In this document: positions 38,409 through 59,306 of the stretch, piece by piece
Position numbering within the stretch: position 1 is the stretch's first letter
Layout of the letters: every line of letters starts with the position of its first letter
NCBI GenBank assembly: GCA_043228905.1
Contig: JBHGNT010000015.1
Location: forward strand, 20,150,001 to 20,214,000
Source of the DNA: Azolla caroliniana
Lineage: Eukaryota > Plantae > Polypodiophyta
Direction of reading: 5' to 3'
Length of the DNA stretch: 64,000 nt
Notes under the pieces: model-generated
Seen by the model: the letters and a program-made list of their open reading frames with translations, nothing else
Told to the model about the DNA's origin: nothing
Database searches by the model: none
Program-made: the position numbers and the translations under genes

Positions 38409-39566
38409 TTCGAAGCCTTTTTAAATTCTGTGTCATGCAGAGCATGAAGCAAAGAAGAGCTCAAGAAAACACTTCAATATGTAGTGTTGTCTCATAAGAG
38501 CTGAATAAAGATGGGCCCGCTTGCACATCTTTAATAAGATTCTTCAGCATTTCACACTAGATTTCACATTGTAAAGAAATGGATGGATTGTGGCAAGTTC
38601 TGATACCTCCAACTCAATTAGATAATAGTTAATTTACCAAGGCCAATCATTGCTATTATTCACATTTGTTGTGTGATAAAATATATATTTTAACTCATCA
38701 GATGGCCGCCTAAAGGCTAGGGTCGATATCTTTTCTGTATTTTGGAGACATTAAAAAAGACAGATTGTTGGGCATTAGTTTTAGTTTATAGTGACAGTCT
38801 GTCCAGTTTGAAAAGTCACTGTAAACCATATATTTCTTGATGAGAAAATAGTTCTTTTTTAATGCTTCAATAACTTGATGCTTCTGTTGAAAAGGTAAAG
38901 ACTTGTGTATGTTATTATGTGTAACCAATGTATACTTACACATTAATTAGATATCAAATACATGCATTACAGTAAATTGGTTCTAACATCTTGGGTAATA
39001 CATTGATGGTAGGTCTTTCAAGTATCACAGAGTTTTTGGCAGAAAGTCTTCATACTGTGAAATTTGGTTTAGATTTTGATGAAGATCTTTTGGAAGGATC
39101 CCCTCATTCAGAGTAGTATTTATATTTCCAATCACAGCCCATAAAAAAATCTCGTAATTGGCTAAGAGTATTCTAATATTAGAGATGCAATGAACCGTAT
39201 TCTACAGATGAGACAATGGCCACATTTTCTCAAGAAAATGAAAGCTTAACCAGTAGAAAACTTATCATAGCAAAGAGAAACTAGACAACAAGTATCTCTT
39301 CTGTCTTACACACCCATTGCAAATGCTTGCTTGTTGACATGCGTGCAAATAGATTCTAAACATCTGTCAGTTATGAGCTCTGAAAGTATTTACACAGCTT
39401 TAACCTTGTGTAGCACAAAATGTGCTCAATTGTATCTAGTGGAGCACAAAACATGCTCTACTATTTACAAGTTTTATAGCATGAATTACAAGAGATTTCT
39501 ATCATTAATCTAGATTGCCATAAGAATATGACACAGTTACTTGCTCCAAACATTCCATTCCATTAC

Positions 39567-47135
<7,569 letters not shown>

Positions 47136-48627
47136 TGAAGAGGAATTAAATTAGGGTTTCAAATGTTAAATGAGAAGGGAATGAGTGAATTTGGGGTTCA
47201 AAACGTTTCCGCAAGATGGAAGAATGCATGAATGAACTAGGGTTTCGTCTATTTCTTCATAGTTTTCTTCTTCTCTGATGAGAAAGGGAGATAAACATTT
47301 GGACAAGTGGAAGTATCTCGTCCTTCATCGCCATCATCATCATCCTCTTCGGTTTCTTCTTCTTCTTCTTTTCATGCGAGAAAGAAACAGAGGCAACCAG
47401 GGAAGGTGCGATGCGCGGAAGAGAGAGAGTGTCCCCCCAGATTCTAGAGAGAGAATACGGCAGAATATTCATTTTTTTTCAAAAATGGGACAAAAAATAA
47501 AATAGGCAATAATAATAAATAGAGGAAATATAAAATAAAAAAACATTTATTCCCAGAATACCCTTCCACAATTTCACTGAAATACCCCTCCCCTCCCCAG
47601 TTCTCGTTATTTATGCCAAAAACAGGCCCCAACCCTATTTATCAATGTTTTTTGGTTTTCTGAGTGGGGGGGGGGGGAGATAGATAGGCTGTTTTGACAT
47701 TGAAGCCTTGAAAAGTAAGTGATCAATCCCACCATCCAAGGCTAAATTCAATGAAAGAGATGGATAGCAAAAATGTGTAGAAGTATGAAAAACTTCAGGG
47801 TACTTTGGTAAATAATGAGATAGGTTTTCCATAATGGTTACTTTCAGTAAACTATGTGATACACGGACTAACGTTAGATACCATTGTTTGGATCCCAATA
47901 GGTTTACCTCATCAAAATTGTATGCTCCAATGTACATACATAACAGTGAGTCTGACCATCTACCACTAAAGCTTGTGATTTGCAACATCGAGGTTCTAAA
48001 GAAAATTCATCTACTTGGTGGGACAGTGAGCCAATAAAGCTATGGTTCGCAGCATTAAGGTTTTTAAGCTTTCTACTTAATAATACGGTGTCCGACACAT
48101 TTGAAAATCTTGTCCACAATTTTAGTTTGAGATCATCTAGATATTTTCTCCCAAAATACATCCAAAGAGTGAAAAAAAACAGCAGCCATGATTGTAGTTT
48201 GAGGTCTAGAAATTTGCTCAGTAAAAGTTATAAACAACAGCTTTGCCATTAAAAGACACTTTTAGTAACCATATTGACATATATATGACTATTTCCGTGC
48301 CAATGTGACAACAAAAAACTAAGAAACATGTAATCCAGATGTAACACAAGGATAATAAAAATATAGCATAATGGCCATTAATCGAATGATTTAATCTCGC
48401 CACAGAGCTATGTTATAACGACTTATCACATCCCCTCACAGGTGTTGTTTGATATAGCATTAACATTAAATGCAATGGGTTCATACATATACCAAAAGCA
48501 TGAAAAACAAACAAGAAGCATGAATAGGATAACAAAATACATAATGATATAGACAAGAGTACACGATTAGCATTAACGATTGAGTAAAAAAAATGAGTAC
48601 AAAATTTGCTAGCTTTGACAATATGCC

Positions 48628-50027
48628 TTACAGTCGATCAGCTATCTTTTCCATAGCATCAGCAAGTTTGCTGAGGACAGAAACAAGGTTTTCTGCATGT
48701 TCTTTTCTTTGATTCCTATCTAGCTGAGAATTAAGATTTTGTGATTCGATGTGAGATTCCAATACCCTGCTATTGTTTTCCAGTAAGGAGTAAAGTTGAG
48801 TCTTTATTTCATCGTGTAATTCATCTTCGGCAGTATGTTTCCGCTTCTTCCTTGCACTTGAAGTTGGCACTCCATTCTTCTCTTCACAAGAAACAAATGT
48901 AAAGTTCCCACTCCCATATGTTCCTGTATTTATAGCAAATTTTGTGCTTTAGGGGGATTTTCAAATGTGATGTTAAGTTCCCACCTCCATACGTTAATGG
49001 AATTTACAGAAAAACTTTAAACTCCCATATGAAAAAACTTTACAATACATGGAATTTCGTAAGTGAATATCAATCAAACATAACCCTATGTCATTCATTA
49101 CATGTCAACAATATGATTGCATGAAGTTCAACTCAAGATGCTGTATTGCTCAATATGAAATAACAAAATTTATGTGATTTAAACTTTTTTAGTGATCTGA
49201 TAGAAAAAGAAATGAAAAAGATCTACCATAAAAAAGATCACATCATTTTAAAGACAAGATTTCGTTTCTCTTATCAGAGGATGTAAGATAGTTGTGTTCT
49301 TTGTTATTAATGTCAACATCAATAAAATAAACCGAACAAATATGCAATGTTGTGGTTATTGAATTTTTCATTATGATACTCGAGAGCATTATTTCAAACA
49401 AATATGTGTGTTCCATTGTCATCATCGATCCGGCTTGATTTGCAGAAAAAAATATTTTCATTTTTGCAGTTAACAAAGCAATTTAGCCAAACCCCTACTT
49501 AGTACATGCATTGAATAGTTCATGAATTAATTTCACTATTTTTTCTTGTATAATGCAATGTAAACCCAGCAATACATATCATACACATAAGTAGATACAC
49601 ACATACTATACCACATATATCTTATATGCATGCCATAGCACACATATCAAATAACTTGGTATTTATACACTATATGAACAGAAAAATGCGTTTGCATTTA
49701 CATTCTATAAATACATATACATAAATAGCCAGCAAATCACACATACTAACCAGAAGGATTCTCCACAGGAGGGCTTTCCACGGCAGTTGTAGCAACAGAG
49801 GGAATTTCCATAGTTTCCTTCTTGGAATTCATAGCCATAGCTGAGAAGAGACCTTCATTATCTTCCCCTCTGGTAGTGAACATTATATCAGAATCATTCA
49901 TTTCAGCGTCAAACATAGCTCGATCATAACACCTTCTCACAGGAAGCTTATTACCATTACCATCACTGTTGTTATTACTATTCATCTCTTTACTCAAACC
50001 ATCATTGTTCATCATTGAGGGGTCCAT
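48628..50027 (-). CDS. ASR3/SH4-clade trihelix-like protein, C-terminal coiled-coil only (about 190 aa)
   Basis: Exons 50027-49751 and 48923-48628 (phase 1 GT-AG). The end QLYSLLENNSRVLESHIESQNLNSQLDRNQRKEHAENLVSVLSKLADAMEKIADRL* resembles the ASR3 C-terminus (LDREQRKDH...LVAVLNKLADA..KIADK). Confidence 0.72.
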
Positions 50028-50254
50028 GCCAGGGAAAAATGAAAGGAAACAGAAAAAAAGGAGCTTTTTTCTTCCGCTTCGTCTGATAAATACAAAGAAG
50101 CAAGATACCTTTTCAGTAATCTTGAGGAGACTTTTCTCCTGCTATGGCTATGAAGGCACCACGGTGAACAATTCTAGCCATTTCTTCGTCTTGTTGCTCT
50201 GTGTAAAACCCTAGCTCTGTCTCCATTCGCTGTGCTTCATTCGAACTTTCACAA

Positions 50255-50360
50255 ACACACATACAATAACATAAATACATATATACATACAATATACACA
50301 TACATACATACATACATACAAACATACATATAATAACATAAATACATAAATACATACAGC

Positions 50361-50391
<31 letters not shown>

Positions 50392-50397
50392 CATACA

Positions 50398-50429
<32 letters not shown>

Positions 50430-50460
50430 CATACATACATACATACATACGTACGTACGT
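50255..50460. repeat. (TACA)n microsatellite, imperfect
   Basis: Seen directly. Confidence 0.95.
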
Positions 50461-50479
50461 ACAATATGTACAATACATA

Positions 50480-52095
50480 AAGAGGCCATCAAATTTTCAC
50501 TTTATGGGGAGCCCAACTGAGGTGAAGGCAGGAGCCCTTCTCACTTTATTGGGAGCCCGACTCACCTGAGGCAAGAGCCCTACTCATTATTTTTGTCGAC
50601 TAAAACCCTAATCCTTGTCATTTGGATCCATTTTTCAAACAGACGATGAGCGTTTTAGGAGGGAAGAATCTGCTTGGAGCACCACCTACTGTCAACGAGC
50701 ACCTGCCAACCACCTACAACCGAATCGCATTCGATCAACAAAACCTGAGTTGGGAGGTATGTATTTTAATGCTTTTTACTTTTGTGGGGGGTACATATAT
50801 AGTAACTATGAAACTTGTTGGTTGTAGGGTAAATGTTAAAATGTTATTGAAAATGCTTCGTTTATACATTTTGATAACTTGAATGCATTGATTGATGGTT
50901 GCATCTAGGTTTAGATCAGGGTTTAGATCTCTATTGCATGCATTTGATGATTTTTGAATATGCAAGGATTGTGCATTTTGATAACTTGAATGCATTGGAT
51001 AATCATGGTTGTATCTGGGTTTAGGTTAGGGTTTTACCTCCCGATTGCATGCATTGGATGATGGTTGTGGTAGGGTTGTTGCCTTTTATAGATCAACGAC
51101 CCAAATGCAAATGGAGCATATCACAAAAATAGAAGTGGAGACAAAAGTAAAATGAGTTGAAGAGACAAACCCTACAACATCAGAAATGGAATTATGGGAG
51201 TCCAAATTACAAACAACTAAGGAAGCTATTTAATGTCTCCGGCAAGAGTTACGATCCTTCGATGGTGCAACTATTTGGGAATGTATGCAAACATTGGACG
51301 ATCTAACTGAGAAGGTGTATTGCGCTTGTGCACCAAAATCAACCAGTGAAGAATACGGTAGACCAAAAAGTCAAAGCCAACAAATCGACACCAAAAGAGG
51401 AGCAACGGTTAACATCTCGCAATAACTTATTGGCAACTCCCCCAACACTTCCAAATTCCACACTGGAAAACTACGAAGAGGTGCAAGTTGGGCTAGGAGG
51501 TGATTGCCAATATGTGACCGTGAGAAAGTTTGGTGTTTGTGTTGTGATGGCTTGACCTTGACTTCAAGGAACTCAAATGTTATATGTTGCTCCATTTTGC
51601 CACCATTCCCACATGAGCCATAATCTTTGCTTTCAGATTTCATTTTAGGTTTTTTGACTTGGATTTTAGACATTTTGAACTTCAGAAGTTTCAAACTTTA
51701 ATGTATAGGTAATTTGAAGCTTTAAGTTTTCAGTTGATTTGTTATTTGAAGCTTGAACAAAGAAGACATAAGTTTGTGTGATTTTTGAGTTTTAAGTTTT
51801 AAGTTTTGTGCAATTGGAAGCTTAGGGTTTTTTAGAGTAATTTTTATGTAACATTTTGATGACAAATTTTTGTTTTATACTTAGAATTTTTTGTAGTTTT
51901 TTATGTTTGTTTTTTAATCGGGCTCCTGCCCTAGGTCAATCACCCTTGGTGATAGAGGTTGTCAAAGTCAAGTTCCTTGTGACAAACGTTGTTGGCTTTT
52001 TATCCACATCATATGGTGCAGATCACACACGCCCTCACTGAGAGACTTGCACCATCCGTGGCTGTGATTCCCTCACCAACCCTATTTATTATTTG
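50480..52095 (+). mobile_element. Degenerate Mutator-like element; boundaries approximate
   Basis: gagccc motifs at the left end and gggctcc at the right. SWIM-like GNVCKH remnant at about 51277. Terminal ~85 bp shared with 14093-14180. Confidence 0.45.
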
Positions 52096-55000
52096 GTAGC
52101 AGTTACACACGAGCTACATACATACACACACGCGCGCGCGCACACACACACACACACACACAACATACATTTCAAGCCATTCCTTATGTGCATAATTGAT
52201 TGTCACATGACGTACAATAGGGGGGATGCTAACACACCCCCTGTGAGCATGTGTTGTTCGTGTCACAAGCAACAAATTAAAAAAGTGTATATGTTGTTTG
52301 CCTGCAATGTTGGGCTAAAAAATGCCAGGACATGCATTAGTTGAGGTAGGGGACAAAGAACGCTCGAGATAAATCAAGCATATAACAAATTCTTTGAAAC
52401 CACATTGTGATGCAATGTTGATGGGTTATGTATTTGAATTTTGATCATAGCTTAGGAAAGATTTATTAATTTGAAGCAAACAATGGGCCAGACTTTGAAC
52501 CTCAAATGTAAGGGAAATATAAACACAAACTTTTTGGCTACTACTCACATGTTCTTCACATTCCTGACTTTAGTTTTTCTCACTCACACACACCCACAAG
52601 ATTATTATTAAGTGATTTACCTTGAGCCTTACTTTGGTCACTTGTATTAAATATAGTTAACTTAATTAATAAGTGTGTCATTATTCTTGATGTGTCTTTC
52701 TTTCATTTTAAGTGCTTGTCTCTATTCTAGTTAATTATTGTGAAAGAGGTAGATTGAGTTCATCTTAGTAATTAGTGTTATAATTTAGTTGCTTAACAAT
52801 GATTGATTGCAACTTCTACATGTGTTGCTAAGAATAGGGTAAATGACAACCTAGCTTCACACAAAAGGAGATTAACATCATGTGAAACATGCCTAACCCA
52901 TTTGGGCCATTATAAATATTACTTGATTGCATTACCAAGGCTTCACTGACAAACATATCCTTTGGAGGGGATGTTAGAATTTTTGTTTGTGGCATCATAA
53001 CGGCTAGAGCTAGTTGTGGATCAGAGGTGATTAACACTAAAACTTGAGGGAAGTTTAAGGAACCATAAATGGAGGTGGTTGGCTTAAAAAATGTCAAGGT
53101 GCATTCTTTCCAATTGATATTCCAAATTGTGTGCTGAGAGCCATGATATAGCGAGAACTAGAAGGCTATGGGTTGTGGTTATAATGTTGAGCACTCTTTC
53201 CTCACACTAGTTTATGACGTCCATCTATTTAGGGAGTGTTTTTTTCATGACCGGTTCATTGGTCACTTCAAGCTCAAGCCTCACTAACTAGTTCATTATG
53301 CATTTTGGCATCCATGAATATAGAGGTTTCTCCATAGTTTATTAGAATAGAAGTTTGGACAAGAATGTTCTTAGCAAGAGTAAGGTGACTAGATATTCAA
53401 AGCTATTGATTGTTAGGTTCCAAGGTTGCATGGGATAAGACATCTTTTTGGATAAAAATATTTTGAAACATAAATGACCTTTGGGGTGTGACAAAGATGG
53501 ACCTGCAGCCCACAGACAATCAGATTAAGAGAGTCTTTTGGAGTAATGTTATTGTTGAGATATCAAGCTCAACTTAGTTTAGTCGTTTAGTCAACACATG
53601 TAACTTAGTAGTACCCTAGATAGAATCTAGTTAGTGTGTTTACCTTAAAGCCTTAAATAGGATTTTGTCCTTGAGTGAGATACATTGTAAATCCTTCACT
53701 CCCATTTTCATTTAATATAGGACTTACACCTTTGTACCTATATTCGACTCACACATGTGCACCTTTGCACATGAGATGCATATATACCTCATTGTGGGTA
53801 TTTTTGTATTTGATGATGCTTTTTAATATAGTTAATCATCCCCCATCTTGTCTCATTGTTCATAAGTGTTAACTTCCTCTCTCTCTTCCTCTCACACACA
53901 TACACACATATCACTGTTGTCTGCTGGAATAGTAACCGACGGACAAATAGCGCAGTAATATGGAAAGAAACTGATATTGTAACGCATGTAACGGTTCACG
54001 TGGGAAGCGTGAACGGCTAAAAGACCCTGTGTATATAAAGGGCAGAAAACCTCAGAGAGAGGTAGCGTGTAATTTTGAATGAAAAGGCGTATCGTAATAG
54101 AGTTCTATCTTCTCTGATATCTGTGTGCATCTGTGGTTAATATACTGTGTGTCTGTAATTCTTAAGAGCATAGGAGTGAGTGGCGGTGTGCGCACTAGCC
54201 CACTGTCTAAGGAGCTCGGTTGTAGCCGTCTCCCGTATACATTGCTAGGTTACGGGAAGTATCCCCCTAAGCATTACACACAGACACTACCATTCATTGG
54301 CACACAGTCACTTGGAAGTCTAGGTCGAAGGATTGACCATAGATAGTGTTCCTAATCGGTAACACTTTTGGCACGCATGGTGGGACCCTTTGTTTGACGG
54401 CTGTCACCGTTTTCTCCGGTCGACTCTGTCGGACGTCGGCCGGTGCTGTCTGCTTGAGTGGCCGGCTCTGCCTGTACTGTCTGCCGACATTGTCCGTCGG
54501 TCGGCTGTGTCCGGTGGTCTTTGCCTTTTGGCCATGGTTGTCTGTCTATTCGACGACCGAATGTCTCTAGGCGTGTCTCTAGGTCGTCGCCGTTTGTCTG
54601 GCCGCCGTCTCTCTGTTCGGCCGGCTACCGGACCTTTTGTCTAGCCGTTGCCTATTCGCCGACCAGACGCTATCCGCCGGTTGTTTGGCTAGCTGTCGGA
54701 CGTTGGTTGTCTCTGTTCGAGCCTGCCTTTGTGTCTGGTGGTCGTCGTTCTTCATCGTCGTCAAAAGCCGACTGCTGATGACTGTTTGTCCTCTTCCATA
54801 TCTTTCTTTTCTCCATCTTCTTCACTCAACCATTGACTCAAGGGATTGATTGTCCGAAGCTGAGCCCGTTGATGCTCGTTTATGTTCTTTTGAATATTTG
54901 TAGAGACATGAATCTGATGATCTAGAAGTTGAGCTTAGCTGCAGAGCTCTTGACACATAGGAGCTACCATGGAAGCCATCGTGCCCTCCCATTTCCACAG

Positions 55001-55314
55001 CTTCATATTGCCATTGTTGAAGAAGCCGCATACCTAATGGTCTCCACTCCACGTCCATGTTCTTCTTCTTCTACCACTTCTATGAGGACTTAGAGTTTTC
55101 ATAGCATAGATAGAAACCAACCGATGAGCCTGAGGGGAACAAGAGAGACACAACACACACAACACAAGCTCAAGCAAACACACAAACGTGTAGAGAGTTG
55201 AAGTTGTAAATCACCATTTTCATCTCAGATTGGTTGTGACACAGAGAGATTAGTGATGGAAGGGGAGCGTGAGGGAGAGTGAGACTTCTTCTCAAAGGAG
55301 GGTTGGCCGTTCGG

Positions 55315-55569
55315 GCGTGCCAAAAGTGTTACCGATTAGGAACACTATCTATGGTCAGTCCTTCAACCTGGACTTCCAAGTGACTGTGTGCCAACGAATG
55401 GTAGCATCTGTGCGTAATGCTTAGGGGGATACTTCCCGTAACCTAGTAGTGTATACGGGAGACGACTACAACCGAGCTCCTTAGATAGTGGGCTAGTGCG
55501 CACACCGCCACTCACTCCTACGCTCTTAAGAATTACAGACACATAGTATATTAACCACAGATGCACACA
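55315..55569 (-). repeat. Inverted copy of the 3' half of the LTR plus the start of the PBS
   Basis: Reverse complement of 54122-54376 (255 bp). The ORF track shows the same MHLWLIY.. peptide at 54125 (+), 55566 (-) and 56934 (+). Confidence 0.95.
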
Positions 55570-56676
55570 ATGAAAAAATCGGAGGCGGCAATCGCGGGAC
55601 TCCGGGCCTTATTGGAGAAAAAGAAAGCATGGTTTGACGAGCAGCTGGTGGGCGAACAGGAGAGAAGGCATTAGCTCGAAATCTGCCTGAACAATGAAAT
55701 GGGAAAACTAGAAGAACTACATGCGAAGGAATCCCAGCTTTGGGTAGGTATGAAGAGCACGTATGAAGAAGCGACGACAGTTAGTCAACAAGAAATTGCA
55801 AACCTCAAGAACTCCGTGGAAGAAGCACGCAACCGTTGCCAAGCCATCACAGACAACGTATCCTTCTACAAACGAATCGGGAGAGGTTTACGGCGCAATT
55901 GAAAACGATGCTAGACAAAGGATGGATGGTGTGGGCTGCACAAGCGGCGGAATTGCATGCGTATCAAGCGGACTGGGAGAACCGGAGGAAAGACGGCCGA
56001 GGCTTCTATAAAATCAATGAGGAAAGCATTGCGGCAGTATGCGAGGACCTAGCGCAGGACTATCGCACGCTAGCGGACCAACATTCCGAAGAACTCGCGC
56101 AACTACTAGATGATTTTGGCGAAAGTCAGGAGGATCTGTTTCACCAGATCACGCAAGCTGGCAACACGTGAACAAACGAGGAATCCGTCGCGACACCAAT
56201 TCAGGATACTGTCGAGCAAGAGGAACCTCAGGCCAAGTCACCATTACCACTACGGTGAACAACGCGGAATGGCGAGCGGAGTCCCCGACAATACCAGACA
56301 GTGACACCACCGTCCAAGTGGAACCCCACCTACCGGAGCTTATGCTTACGACCGACCACACAGAGAACGTCCCGGACCAAGGGGAACCGCAAACCTGCTC
56401 CCAGAGCGTACAACGGCGGCTGACATCACGGGGGAAGTGATGGAAGGAACAGAACCGCGACCTATCGCAAGCCTGCGGACGGCTGAACTGAACCCCCTAG
56501 CCCAAGAAGACCCCACAGAACTCGGTCCACCCACACAGGACGACCGCGAAACCAGGAGAAACTCTCTAGACCAGATAGGGGAACCTCACAACGACGCGCC
56601 TACGAGTCCTCCGCTGTCCTCGGACAAGGATACCGTAGCAGAACCAAACATCAGGGCCATTTTGGAGGAAGATTAA
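55570..56676 (+). pseudogene. Disrupted coiled-coil / acidic ORF of unknown function inside the LTR element (extra-ORF-like)
   Basis: Consecutive E/Q/K-rich helical ORF pieces (55699, 55836, 56168, 56437) separated by stops and frameshifts. Confidence 0.45.
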
Positions 56677-57414
56677 AGGGATGGGTCCGACGTGCCATGG
56701 CACTGTTCCACATGCGTGCCAGGTGTTGTCTGCCGGAATAGTAACCGACGGACGAAGAGCGCAGTAATATGGAAAGAAACTAATATTGTAACGCATGTAA
56801 CGGTTCACGCGGGAAGCGTGAGCGGCTAAAAGACCCTGTGTATATAAAGGGTAGAAAACCTCAGAGAGAGGTAGTGTGTAATTTTGAATGAAAAGGCGTA
56901 TCGTAATAGAGTTCTATCTTCTCTGATATCTGTGTGCATCTGTGGTTAATATATTGTGTGTCTGTAATTCTTAAGAGCGTAGGAGTGTGTGGCGGTGTGC
57001 GCACTAGCCCACTGTCTAAGGAGCTCGGTTGTAGCCATCTCCCGTATACACTGCTAGGTTACGGGAAGTATCCCCCTAAGCATTACGCACAGATGCTACC
57101 ATTCGTTGGCACACAATCACTTGGAAGTCTAGGTCGAAGGACTGACCATAGACAGTGTTCCTAATCCGTAACAATCACCTAAGCTTTCGTTGTTTAATCA
57201 CATAATTAGGTACTAATTAACCCGTAGTTAATTACTTGAATCTTAACATGGTATCAAAGCGTGTGGTTTAGAAAATCCACTAAGCCCACCCGAGTATATG
57301 ATTGTGTGTTCGAGACGTCGACAACAAAATCCGGTTATCGGCCATCATACTGCCGCTATGTAGCAAGTGTATCTGACCAAAGGAAGAAAAGACAAAAGGG
57401 AAGACACAAATCAA

Positions 57415-59306
57415 CATGAACACACAAATGGGTAGCTCTCTCCCTAGTGAAAAGCTAGATCAAAACAATTATTCATCTTGGGAGTACAAGATGAACCAAT
57501 ACCTTGTCGGCCAAGGGTATTAGAGCTACATCAACGACACACTCGAAAACAAACCCGACATCACAAACGCCAACTACCCGATGTGGGACCAAGGAGCGAG
57601 TCGGGTAATGTATTGCTTGGCAACATGTATCCATGACCACATGCTTAGCCACATTCGAGACGCCAAGACGCCTAAAGAAGCGTGGGCGAACTTAAAGAAA
57701 CTTTTTGCCACCAACACGACCGCCCGAAAGCTTCAACTCCGACTAGAGTTGAACAACCTACGACAAAAAGATATGCTCGTGTTGGACTACACAACCAAGA
57801 TCAAGAGCATTTGTGACTCGCTTGGCTCGATCAACATAAACGCCGACGAAGATGAGATGGTTCAAGTATGCTTGGGTGGCCTCGCACAACGATTCGACCC
57901 ATTAAGGACAACAATTTTGGTGAGGGAAAGCTGTCCTTCATTCTTCGACCTTCAATCAACACTATTGGTTGAGGAGAACCACGTCCGAATCAAGAACAAG
58001 ACGTCGGAAGGACAAATGTCCTTCTCAAATTCGGATGGTGGCCGAGGAAGAGGTCAAGGCGGTAGAAGAGTTCGATTCGACCCATCATATGAAGGGAACT
58101 CAAAGCTTTGACAAAAAGACAGAAGCCATCGAGGAATCTTCGAAAGAAGGGGGAGCTTCCATGCCGAACAAGGTCGGCAAATGTGACCCATTACTTGGAA
58201 CTATTGCGGAAAAATCGGCCACCGTGAGGAGGAGTGCCGAAAAAGAAGAAGCGAGTCGGCTTCGACAAGCCGACAACTCACAAACCATGCCACCAACTCC
58301 GAATACGACGATTATGGTGGGCTATTTGTAATGAGACATAGAGCGAATTCTATGTTAGCTTCCGACTCAGCAAGCACCTCCAACTCGGAAGACGCGTGGT
58401 TCGTCGATTCCGGCACCTCACATCACATGACATCCCACGAAGAGTGGTTCAATGATTTGCACACACCTGACTGACTCAGCTTCATAGAGATGGGAGACGA
58501 CACCACACATCCCATTCGGCACATCGGCAATGTCCCATTCGGGAGAGATGGCCAAAATAATTGCATCAAGAATGTCTTGCACGTGGCCACAATAACAAAG
58601 AATTTGGCCTCCGTAGGCCAAATCGTGAGGAAGGCATGCAAGTTCATTTCAACAATGAAGGATGCTTCATTGAGAAAGATGGCTGACTCATAGCTAAGGG
58701 ACGGAGAGATGGTCAAATGTTCATTCTTGATTCGAACGAGGTGAAATCACCCATGTATGCCAAAGGTCTCAAAACCGAGACGAACATTGAGTTGGGGCAC
58801 AAGAGAATCGGCCACATCAACCTCCAACAGCTCCAAACGATGCAATCCAAGGGAGTTGTCATTGGACTTTCGACATTCGAGTATGCGAAGCATGTCAACT
58901 TGGCAAACTTTATTGACTCCCATTCTCGAAGGAGAGCTCTGCGAGCAAAGGCCTCCTTGATGTCATACACTCGGATGTATGGGGAACAACTCAAATGCTG
59001 ACGATTTGCGGATGCTGATACTATGTCACCTTCATCAATGACTATTCCCACTACACGCGGATCTTTCCTATGAAGAAGAAGAACGAAGTGCTCTCCCACT
59101 TCCAAAAGCTCAAGGGCCAAGTCGAAAAAGAAACCGGTCGGCACATTCAATGTCTACGATCGGATGGAGGCAAGGAGTACTTCTCTAATGAATTCATTTC
59201 CTACCTCCAAGGTGAAGGCATTCAGAGAGAATTCTCATGCTGACACACACCCCAACAAAATGGAGTTGCCGAAAGGAAGAATCGGCAAATACTCGAGGTT
59301 AGCACG
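57415..59306 (+). pseudogene. Copia gag-protease-integrase, with stops and frameshifts
   Basis: EKLDQNNYSSWEYKM, AKTPKEAWANLKKLF, YCGKIGHREEEC, HKRIGHIN, LRSDGGKEY, PQQNGVAERKNR. Confidence 0.88.

Larger units (their letters stand above)
53915..57173 (+). mobile_element. Non-autonomous LTR element (Tat-like by its Arg-type PBS) inserted in the Copia 5' LTR
   Basis: 450-bp LTRs 53915-54364 and 56724-57173 (TG...CA, about 95% identical by eye). TSD atcac at 53910-53914 and 57174-57178. PBS tggcacgcatggtgggac at 54369-54386. TATA at about 54032. No gag/pol motifs seen. Confidence 0.9.

Noticed and set aside
50113-50492. MYVCMYVC ORFs (also 43045-43302)
   Set aside because: Microsatellite translation artefacts.
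52600-53500. Possible L1 remnant (KVAWDK-like peptide)
   Set aside because: Too degenerate to call by eye.
54125-54346. MHLWLIY.. ORF present three times
   Set aside because: It is simply the translation of LTR sequence, starts at GTG, and shows no protein-family signal.
53915-57173. DIRS/tyrosine-recombinase element suggested by the inverted internal terminal copy
   Set aside because: Direct TG...CA LTRs, a 5-bp TSD and a PBS indicate DDE-integrase insertion; no tyrosine recombinase motif was seen.
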